Below, one piece after another: positions 12,421 through 24,400 of a stretch of 64,000 nt of DNA (position 1 is its first letter; every line of letters starts with the position of its first letter). Source of the DNA: Antedon mediterranea (Eukaryota; Animalia; Echinodermata); the NCBI RefSeq assembly GCF_964355755.1, contig NC_092676.1, positions 6,177,888 through 6,241,887 of the forward strand, written 5' to 3'. The position numbers were made by a program, and so were the translations under genes. The notes below the pieces were generated by a model. That model was not told the origin of the DNA, did no database searches, and saw nothing but the letters and a program-made list of their open reading frames with translations.

Positions 12421-15400
12421 ATGCCTTTACCAAGACTAACTGGTGCGCTACGAGCTTTCTCATCTGTCTCTGCTGAAGAAAACAGCTCGTTCGATATAGA
12501 CTTGGTGACGAAAAGACAAAGGCAGGCTGAGCAGAAGGAACAGAATGGAGTAACATGGCAGAGGTTGAGAAGCTCATTGGAAAAGACCAGGAATGTGGAT
12601 CATGATGTAGTTGATGGCTTAAGAGAACTGGCTGAAATCTCGAGAGAATTGGGTAAACTCAGGATCTATATATATATTTATCATATAACATCAAATTTAT
12701 TTATTTATTTTATTTGAACAATATTTAATGAGGGTGATCCATCCAGCTGATCATTAGGGACCCTCAAACAATACACACAGTAAATACAAAATAAACTTTT
12801 AAATACAAAATTAACAAAGATAAAAATATATATAAATATACAGTAGGCCAACTATGTAAGAAAGATAATTAATAAATAATATCAGAGAGAGAGAAAGAGA
12901 TGTTTTTTCAAAAGAGATTTAAAGGAGAAGAAATTGTGAGGGTTACGAATGCTTAAAGGTAAAGAATTAAAGAAAGAAGAAGCATTGAAACTGAAAGAAA
13001 GTTTAAAGATATGTTTTAAATAAAATTTTGTAGGCCCCGGTCCTTCTTATTCTTATCTTTATTGCCAATCAAAACAACAACAAACAAACAACTAAAGTAA
13101 GGAACAGGAAGCACAAAGGGGAACTAAATTACAAGAGCACAATGTACAATCAAATAAATTGAAGGCAAGGGTTTTAAATAAATAAATTGTTTGTTCCACA
13201 GTTGGAGCTGATGCTGTACAGACTTTGGTTGAAAGCACTGCTGTGTTCCTTTTTGAAACTTTCAAAGACTGCGAGAGAGTAAGTCAAAAAGAATCATCAG
13301 CCTTGAAGAGAATGCTAGGCCCGTTCCCAGCATCAGTTGCAACAAAAGCATGTGGCATCGTGCAGTCAATCGTGAAGCATATCCCGGAGAAGGTGCTTAT
13401 CAACCTCTTCGAAACCAAGCCAGATAACCGGAAACAATTCGGTGAGAACATTCACTTCTCCTATGACGAGAAAACATTTGATTTATCGTTATTTGACGAG
13501 GAATCCGACGATGAGTCAGCAAAATTTGAGTTTGATATGAAGTATTCTTCAAAGATGGAATCCAAGGTGTCTTCAGCTTTGACCTATGACCTTAATTGGT
13601 TGAGGTCACAGGTTAAGTTGTTCTTTGGTGATGATGACACCACAACTGCTTCAATTGGACTTACAGTTGATGACCTTTGTGTCAAAATTCTTAGTGACCT
13701 GAAGTCTCCAAGCAGCAATGATGAACTTCAAGATGTGGTAAGTTAATAAATGTATTCACATTTCTAATTGTGGCACAATTGTTTGGGTGGTTTACATACT
13801 TGCTTATCAATACCAGGGTTTTTGGTTCAAATCCTGTCTGGAAATTCTAACATTGTCAATCAGATGCCTCTATGTACAGTATACTTAACTCATTAATATT
13901 TAAACTTCATATACATACAGTACTGTACCCCTTTTGTAATTGCATTCATTCTGATATGCCTAAATTAATGCTCTGTCTACACAGTATCAAGCTTTATGTG
14001 ACAAAAAATGTGATATGCCCATATGGATATGGTGATGTCATATTACTATCATATTTGAGCATATCACTACCATATTTGGGCACACACTTTTTGTCCAACT
14101 AGTTTGATAGTGTAGACAGAGCTTTATACACAGTAAATCCTGTCGTTAAAAAGATAAAAACCAATAGCCCTTTCACATTGCCTACCAAACTTGAAACCAG
14201 TGAATCAACTACACTTTGTATACTGTGTGTTGTAAACTCATGTGTTTTGCTAGGCAGTGTGAAAAGGGTATTAATTTGTCCTTATGGTTTTAGAATGTTC
14301 ACTGTGTGAATCCCATTTTATGTCAAAGGCAATGACTTTCACATAAATTGATTTGATACTGTACTACCACTACTGTGCATCAGGAAATCAATTTATTTGA
14401 TAAGGTAACTGTGTACAATTTATTGATTAATTTCAGCTTTTTGGTTTCCTTGGTTTTGAAAGATTTGAATTTATCCAGAACCTGTTAACAAACAGGAAGC
14501 ATATTGTTGAAGGAAGCAATGAAATGCTAACAAAAAGAGGTAAAGTAGTGCCGTTGTGGTCTGGTAGCTTGCCTACAAACCCAAAGTCCTTGGTTCTATT
14601 ACATATAATTTGGGGTTGTTTTTTTTTCAGTTGTAAAGGAGGAAAAACCAGTCAGACCAAATTATGGGGCACAAGTAACAGTACAGGTAAGGCACCATTG
14701 TGAGCATTTTATTGGAATCACTTACAGTATTGGGGTATAAAGCTCTGTCTACACTATCAAATTTTATGTGACAAAAAAATGTGATTTGCCCATGTATATG
14801 GACATGATGATGTCATATCACTACCATATTTAGGAAAATCACTTCCATATTTGGGCACATAATACTTTTTTTGTCAAACTAGTTTGATGTGTAGACAGAG
14901 CTTAATGTATGTTTGATTCATTGACATTATTCATGTTGCAGGTTTTTAAGAAGGTTATTATCCAGATTCCAGGGTACATTCCTGTGTTGAAATACTGTCT
15001 GCTAGTGTTACCATTTTGAATCCAATATTTATACTGTGTACTTTTATTTGTAACTTTGTTTCATGACGGTGTATTTGGCCCTCAAATACTTACAAAACAT
15101 GAACATAAAGCAAGAAAATAATGAATCAATCCATCATCACAATAATCTTACGTAGCTGCAGGAAGTGACCAGAGATTTCCAGTTACCTTGGACATACTTT
15201 TATTTGTTGAGCCATCCAAAATTGTCTTTAAAGCAAGTTGCAACATTAAATTAAGTTAGAAATCCTAAATCCTGCACTACATTTTGATAGCTTTTGGCAA
15301 TGGAATGGTATAACGTTTTGACGTCACATTATAGTGCTCTTTTATAATAACATTAATGTTGATCAAGTTATTTCAGAGAAAGCGGATACTGTTAATAAAG

Positions 15401-18400
15401 AAGAGTGATATTAATTGTCTGTATAACATTGACTTGCCAATAGTCTCTTTACACTGATTACTGACCTATATTATATTGATACTTAATTTATTCATGTACT
15501 TTGCAATTGGTGCAAGTAGAACGATTTCTATTAAGTCTGGAATGAATGAACAATCAAGAAATTATATTTTAAACAGAACACAGTTTTAGAATGTGTCAGG
15601 TGGAAAAGTAGACTAATTATATTAATCATTATTGACAGTACATTCTTGCACTTTATTGATTCAGATATAAGCCCAAGCTTCAGTTTTCTCTATGTATACT
15701 GTAAGCCACATCCAGTATAAGCCCACCTCCACTGTAAGCCACTTCCAATATAAGCCCACCTCCACTACAAGCCCACCTCCAGTATAAGCACACCTCCAGT
15801 ATAAGCCCACCACCAGTATAAGCCCACCTCCAGTATAAGCCCACCACCAGTATAAGCCCACCTCCAGTATAAGCCCACCTCCAGTATAAGCCCACCTCCA
15901 GTATAAGCTGACATCCTTATTTACCAATCACATTTGTATTGTCCCCCAAAAACATGAAAAATAAAAATTAATAAAATCAGATTTTGAATAGATTATTTTG
16001 TAGAAAAAAAATGGAAATAATTAATGTTTTCACTATAAAATTACATGGTTAATGGTTAAATTCAACCAAAAACCCATTGGCTGGCAGCCAATTTGACTAT
16101 TTTTAGCTTTAAATTACATTTTTTTAGGTAAATACTTTTTTTTTAATCCAATTTTTGGTCAAAGTGGATAACTATTTGGTGACATTAAAATGGCATATTC
16201 AACAAAAAAAATTTTAAGAATTAGATTTTCAGGGGGACAATACATAGAGATATAGAGATATTTCCCTAAATATTAAGTATTTCACTTAACTCTATAAATA
16301 TTTCAGGATCTGCCACTGTTTATATATTTGGTCTGTATCTACTAAATAAATGTATGTTTAATTTACATTAACTGTAAAAGAAAAACTTAAAGTAGGTCTA
16401 ACCATGTAATTATCATTTTTACATAAATTATATTGTTCGAAAACAATATGAGGAAATGACGATTCAACGTCAGAGGTAAAAACAAACCGCATAGCACATT
16501 AATGAGAATTAAAAAGGGTATTAACATTGTAATATTATTCCGTTATTAGGAAATCAAATCATGATATAACCAGTTTAAATTTAATTGTAAAAACCTACAG
16601 AATGAGTCTAGTCTTCTCATTATTAGTACAATTTTCAACGGAAGTTTACGATAATATTTAGGAAGTAAAGAAATACAGAGCCCCTTGTGGGAGAAGTTGG
16701 CCACCTGATGTGTGTTTAGTGTATTACACAATACAGATCGTCTCAATGTGCCAAGTGAACTAAATGTTGCACGTTCTTAGTCTGCTTTCCTATGTTCATG
16801 TCTATGCAGCACCAATAGACAGAGGACATGAGTACCAGTACACTAGGGTAAGCCTTTCCTATGGTCTATGTAGCTACTTTGGGTACGTCTCTTCAATCAC
16901 AGGGGACATGAGTACCAGTACACTAGGGTAAGCCTTTCCTATGGTCTATGTAGCTACTTTGGGTACGTCTCTTCAATCACAGGGGACATGAGTACCAGTA
17001 CACTAGGGTAAGCCTTTCCTATGGTCTATGTAGCTACTTTGGGTACGTCTCTTCAATCACAGGGGACATGAGTACCAGTACACTAGGGTAAGCCTTTCCT
17101 ATGGTCTATGTAGCTACTTTGGGTACGTCTCTTCAATCACAGGGGACATGAGTACCAGTACACTAGGGTAAGCCTTTCCTATGGTCTATGTAGCTACTTT
17201 GGGTACGTCTCTTCAATCACAGGGGACATGAGTACCAGTACACTAGGGTAAGCCTTTCCTATGGTCTATGTAGCTACTTTGGGTACGTCTCTTCAATCAC
17301 AGGGGACATGAGTAAAGGTACACTAGGGTAATTCTTGAAAAGGGCAAATAAGCGTGTACAGTGTATCAACGGTTTACATCCAATAGACTTTCTATCACAA
17401 GATGCCTCCAGCCTTGAGTTCTTGCCATTTTGGCTCTAAGTGTGGTGTATTGACTTCTGTTCTTTATTTCTTGGCTCCAGTTTTGATTTCATAGTTTCCT
17501 TACTCTACCATAATTCCTTGGCTCCCATTTCTTGGTTTATTTAAACAAGGCCATATACAAAAATGATATTAGTAGATAAAAACAAAAATCCACATTAAAT
17601 GTGTATTTCAATTTAACAGGGCCAGCATGAGTTTGACATTTTCAATTTTCACCACCCACCTCGATTCCCCAACACAGATCGCCATATTTTATATCAATAA
17701 ATATATAGCGTCTGTTTTTAACCTCTAGCTTTAACCTTGATTTAATCTTTTTATTTTATTGAAAAATTATATTTTGAGTATCCCATTCGAAAAGTACTTT
17801 TAGATTGAATAAAAGAATAAATATATTTGATAATAATAATGCTTCAGTCGAAGAATTCAAGAAATAGTTTATAAATAAATTAAAACTATAGCTCTGTCTA
17901 CACTATCAAACTAGTTTGACGAAAAAAGTGTGATGTGTCCAAATATGGTAGTGATATGCCCAAATATGGTACAGTAGTTATATGACATCATCCTTCTGTC
18001 TTTATATAAGTTGGACACATCACATTTTTTGTTACATAAACTTTGATAGTGTGGACACTTCACAAACATGTAAAACAATCTCTATGCACCCCATAAAAAC
18101 ATTTTCTGAAAAATCGATGAAACTCCATGATATAATTATGATGGACACTTCTTTCCTTAGAGGAATTATCTTTAAAACTGCGCCGGGATGTACTATAATT
18201 CCCTCATGAAAAACGCATTTGCAGGTACATACATATATACATATTGATCATTGCTTTAATAATGAAATCATAGTTGTGCACTGTGAAGTTTTTCCCCAAT
18301 ACATCCCTGTATTGTGTGCTTGTTGAGATTTAACAAACTCATCTAATATTATAAGCATGTTTACAGCATAGATTGTATCTTCTATAGTTCAAATAGGGTT

Positions 18401-21400
18401 AGAAGGAAAACACCATAACCTTTAGTTTACATGTAAAATCTTGTATTTTATTAAGGGCCTAGTCGGTGCCTTATTAAAACTGTCATGTACCAGTATACAT
18501 AATAAGTTTTGTTATGTCAAGGTTTTTGATTATTGCTTAGCCAAATTAGTGTCAGTTACCAATGTTGAGTATTTAATACCATGCTTTTCTTGGCCTTCTT
18601 TCAACTGGATTATTATGAATATTAGAATGGTACTTGTTAATATTGTACAAATAAAAGTGTTTGATGTTTTTCAACCATTTTTCTTTTCTTTGCCTATATT
18701 TTATTATTAGCAGATGCAATGGTAAATTTTATTATTAAGACTAATAGGACTTTTTCCAGTTTTACTAGACTGTAAATTATAAATTCATATACCGGTATTA
18801 GCTATTAATGACTTTATTATTAACAGCCTCATGTCTAATTAATAATTATTAATTTGAAGATTAAACAATTTTTTTTTCAGGATTTTGATTTTAGTGTAAG
18901 TAAATAGTCACTGCATACATATGTGTATCATTGTGCATCATGCATGGCTAATAAATTATATATTTTTATCAGGTGTTGAAAAAAATTATTCGTACTGTCT
19001 CGTATTTTTTTATATATTCATATTATTGACACATTTCTTTATGGAAGTAAACAAGTTAATTCATAGGTCAGACATTTAAAAGTTCAGTTATTGGACAACA
19101 AATAAAAACAAAAATGTTGTTTCGTTTTCATGCATAAAACTACATGTCAAATGAAATTTAATATAAATATATTTTTTAAAAGAACTGAAAATCTCACATG
19201 GATTTTTAGACACATTTTTGTTCCCCAACGGGACCAACATGGCCAGTAGCCACGTTTTTTTATATTTGATTAATATAGTGATTTTCTTCATGATTAGAAT
19301 TTTATAAACTTTTAAACTTGTCTAGAATATTATTATTTCCCTCTTTTCTAATATTTTTTGCCTATCCACCATTTTCCTGTTTTTCACTTCAATTTTTAAG
19401 CTTACTAATGCAGAACAATAATAGGCCTACATTTTCTATAAAAAAATATCAAAAAAATCAGATTGTGCATACATTATAAATGCTTTTGCCTGTTGAAATG
19501 AAAGATTCAACCAATCAAAGCACAGAGATTTTATATTGGCTGCAGACAACCATCATTCTGAGCATGTCTGTTAAATTGAAAGATTCAACCAATCAGAGCA
19601 CAGAGATTTTGTATTGGCTACACAGACAATCATCATGAGAGAGTGGTGTTCTAGATGTTGGACATATTCACTAGATAATTTCATTAATTATTTGAAGACC
19701 TTTTACCATTTACAGAATATTTTAAGTGCAAAATGCAAAGTTACAGTTTATAAGGTTATTAATAGAGTCATTTAATGGCAAAATTGTAGAAAATGTATGT
19801 TTTTTCCATTTAATAGCTAGCTAGGCCCTATCAAATTGATCTTATTGGAGCCTAGCTAGCCTAGACACATGAAGGGAATTTGAGGCCATATACCTGATGA
19901 ATGTAGGACAGTTTATGTGGTAATACATTGTCTGAATCATAGATTTTGTGATGTTTCTAATGTATTTCTGCAAATAAAATAATTAAAATAGGCCCTAGCC
20001 TACTACAATATGATTTATAATTTAGTATTTTTAGTCATTTAAAAGTTTTTGTTACATATTTTACACCTGGCCTAGGCCTAGCTAGGCTAGCCTCCATGCC
20101 CTAGGCACACAGGCCTAGGTCTGTTTTAGGCCTAGAAAATCAAATTATATTCTTTTGGTTTCAGTCTTCTACAGAGAAAGCTTTGTCACGTCAAATCCGT
20201 AGAGATGAGAAAAAGATAGCTAGAAAGGTGGGAAAACATTCTGAAAATGTTGCAGAAAGTGTTGAGGAAGATTTTAATCCACAATACCTGAAAGTTGAAA
20301 GGTAATTTGTAATTAACGGACTGAGTGACTAACAAGAAGGAAGGTGACACTTTACACTGTAATGAGAGTGAACTCCTTTCCAGAGGACATCCCTATTAGT
20401 ATAATTCCTATTAAAGAACACTTTGTTTGATCCAAAGGTGTCCCCTTAATAATTATTATTAGGAGTGGAGTTGGCTTGGTGGTTATGATGCTTGGCTACC
20501 ATTCCAAGGGTCCTGGGTTCAAGTCCCGTCACATGTCAGGATTTTTTCTAAGGACCAAATTACAACTCCACTCCCAAAGACTTGTAATAAGACTTTGTTT
20601 ATGTAGAGCATCTTGTGTATATATTTGTCTTGTGAACCTCTGAGGGTCTCTAATGATCGGCATTAGCTGGATGGATCACCCTCATTAAATATGGTTTTAA
20701 AAAAAAAAAAAATTATGGAGTTCTACTTTTCTTTAAAATTCACCAAAATTAACTGCATAGTATTTATGCTTTTTTTATTATTGACAGGGAGCGTGCATTA
20801 CGAGATGCAAAGCGTAACCCACTACTTTCAAAGCGTTCATCAGCACAGCAGCCACAGAACGTCTATCCGTATGTCTTTGACGCCCTCAAGAGTGCGCAAG
20901 CAACTTCATCATTTGTTGGAGGTTGCAAGGTATGATCATCTTTAATTTGTGTTTTCCGCAATCTAAGTGTGATTTGCCCAAATATGGTAGTGATATTCCC
21001 AAATATGGTAGGGCTATGACATCATCATGTCCGTATATGGGCACATCACATTTTTTATTTTTATGTTAAAGATGATCCTGCCAGAGGGCCATGAAAAATA
21101 CAGCAACAAAATATATGAAGAAGTGCGTATACCACCATCATTGCCACCACCTACAAGTATAGGGGAACACAGAGTGCCTATATCTGAGCTGGATGAGGTA
21201 ATGTTTTTTTTGTAATACTATATATTTACATATATCTATATAATCACCAGAGGCACGGAACAAATTCTAAACCCCCGGGTGATATACTGAAAATGTATTT
21301 ATTTTAAACGATAATATGAGGACATCTGTGAGAATCAGAAAAATATACATATATCTTTTTTCCTTTTTTATCATTCGTTTTTCGTGTTTGTATCGTTCCT

Positions 21401-24400
21401 GTTCTTTAAGTGTTGAGGGCATGTCAGCCTCGGCTGTTATGAGTCACCCTCATTAAACAAAGTTTAATAAAACATAAAATGTATTATATTCATAGTATAT
21501 TATTAAATTAAATGGAAAAGTCCACATTGAATAGTGTCATGTACGCCAAAATTGAAATTTCTTCCAACTGCAGATAGCACAATTAGCATTTAAAAATACA
21601 AGGGCACTGAACCGTATCCAGTCTGTAGTTTGCGATGCAGCTTACAACACCAACGAGAACCTGTTGATTAGCGCCCCCACAGGTGCTGGTAAGACCAACA
21701 TTGCGATGTTAACTATATTACGAGAGATTAAACAACATATAGAACAGGGTGTTATTAAAAAGGATTCATTTAAGGTTTGATACATTTTTTTATTTACATA
21801 ACTATTTGTCTTTAAATTTATAGTTTTAAGTTTCTCTCTATTCCTAACAACTAATTCACATAATATGTAAATAATTTAATCAATTGAATCCAAGCCTTTT
21901 ATCCAGTACACTTTTTTCCTCATATACCCATCCCAAACATGACCCAATGTTTGAGTTAAGTGGTCCTTTATTTTATAGATTGTAATGCCAAAAAAAAAAA
22001 TAAAAAAACGCTAAGGACCATATGTTTCAGATAATATATGTAGCACCTATGAAAGCTCTTGCTGCTGAGATGGTCAGGAATTTTGGAGGACGTTTGTCCC
22101 CACTGGGAATCTCTGTAAAAGAACTGACCGGTGATATGCAACTGACCAAGGCTGAAATAATGAAAACTCAAGTAAGAATCAGAATCTATTTAACTGTCTT
22201 CATTTAAATTTGATGATAGTAAATATTAAAGTTTTTTCACTGCCCATAAACCACAATTTAGATGACATAGTCATGAGGATACATTCTTTAAAGCTCTATT
22301 AAACTAGTTTGACAAAAAAGTGTGAGGTGCTCAAATATGGTATTGATATGTCTTTGTGTCCATATATGAGCACATCACATTTTTTTTGTCAAGTTTTATA
22401 GTGTAGACTAAGCTTAATACATGAGTTTATTCTGACCCAAAACTGATATTTTTCTAATAACCAGTGATACCATCACTAAAAGCTGAATTGTGCTTTTGGC
22501 GTACCGTACATTAAAAAATAGAAAAATAGCTTTTGGCGTACCGTACATTGAAAAATAGAAAAATAGCTTTTGGCGTACCGTACATTGAAAAATAGAAAAA
22601 TAGCTTTTGGCGTACCGTACATTGAAAAATAGAAAAATAGCTTTTGGCGTACCGTACATTGAAAAATAGAAAAATAGCTTTTGGCGTACCGTACATTGAA
22701 AAATAGAAAAATAGCTTTTGGCGTACCGTACATTGAAAAATAGAGAAATAAAGATAGATAAAAATGCATCAAATTGATTGTTAACAACATCCTATTACCT
22801 TCTTGTTAATTGTAGAATCATAATAATTGCAATGGGATTGTACAATGTGTAGTATAATCTGGGGTAGAGGGTTGTTTTGGGTATAGTTTTGCTTAGGATA
22901 TTTAGATATGTTTTTCACTGAAATGGTCTAAAATATTATGAATATAGATGTTGGTGACCACACCAGAGAAGTGGGATGTGGTAACAAGAAAGAGTACAGG
23001 CGATGTGGCTTTAACTCAACTGGTTAAGCTGTTAATTATTGATGAGGTTCATCTACTTCATGAAGACAGAGGAGCAGTCATTGAAAGTCTTGTGGCTAGA
23101 ACACTAAGACAGGTAAATTAGTATACAGTTACTGCAGTCATTGAAAGTCTTGTGGCTGGAACACTAAGACAGGTAAATTAGTATACAGTTACTGCAGTCA
23201 TTGAAAGTCTTGTGGCTAGAACACTAAGACAGGTAAATTAGTATACAGTTACTGCAGTCATTGAAAGTCTTGTGGCTAGAACACTAAGACAGGTAAATTA
23301 GTATACAGTTACTGCAGTCATTGAAAGTCTTGTGGCTAGAACACTAAGACAGGTAAATTAGTATACAGTTACTGCAGTCATTGAAAGTCTTGTGGCTAGA
23401 ACACTTAGACAGGTAAATTAGTATACAGTTTCTGCAGTCATTGAAAGTCTTGTGGCTAGAACACTAGACAGGTAAATTAGTATACAGTTACTGCAGTCAT
23501 TGAAAGTCTTGTGGCTAGAACACTAAGACAGGTAAATTAGTATACAGTTACTGCAGTCATTGAAAGTCTTGTGGCTAGAACACTTAGACAGGTAAATTAG
23601 TAATATACAGTTACTGCAGTCATTGAAAGTCTTGTGGCTAGAACACTAAGACAGGTAAATTAGTATACAGTTACTGCAGTCATTGAAAGTCTTGTGGCTG
23701 GAACACTAAGACAGGTAAATTAGTATACAGTTACTGCAGTCATTGAAAGTCTTGTGGCTAGAACACTAAGACAGGTAAATTAGTATACAGTTACTGCAGT
23801 CATTGAAAGTCTTGTGGCTGGAACACTAAGACAGGTAAATTAGTATACAGTTACTGCAGTACTGGTTGATTACTGTAAGAATAGCAAAGGTACAGCGCTG
23901 TTGAATGCAGTGAATGACCAGTACTAATTTGTATTTATAATATTCTTTAGACTATATATATCTTTACTCTTTTTAAAAGTTTTACTAATGATTTTTATTT
24001 TATTTTATTATATTTATATTTTTGCTTTATGTACACGACAACAAACGATCAAATAACAGTTTTTCACATTGCAACTTATACAACGTAATTTTGAAAACTA
24101 CAACCATTTTTCTATATACATACAAGGTACATTTCTAGTCTAACAAAAACATTTTTCTAAACTTTCTATTATTTAAAAGTCGAAGATAGCCAGGTCTCGG
24201 GTCCATTCTATTGTCGTCACAGATTGATATCTTCATCAGTACTTCTATGAATGGATGATTAGGTGGGAACACGAACGCTAGTTGATCATACCCAGTACCG
24301 TTTTGATCGTACGATTAATCGGGAAACCACCTCACGAGCATGGAGGAAATATATCTGTATATGCTCAGAGTTAACAGATAATGTTACAGATAACAATAGA

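Noticed and set aside
12653-12717. Read-through of exon 1 as an equivalent of the human short ASCC3 isoform
   Set aside because: The extension is low-complexity intron and LINE-tail sequence; nothing in the sequence supports a terminal exon.
15661-15927. Gly/Trp-rich repetitive ORFs (also 22414-22790, 58903-59390, 61975-62250)
   Set aside because: Artefacts of 17-bp, 37-bp and subterminal repeats.
19894-19935. C/D box snoRNA (TGATGA...CTGA)
   Set aside because: The boxes are only ~40 nt apart, with no terminal stem or recognisable guide.
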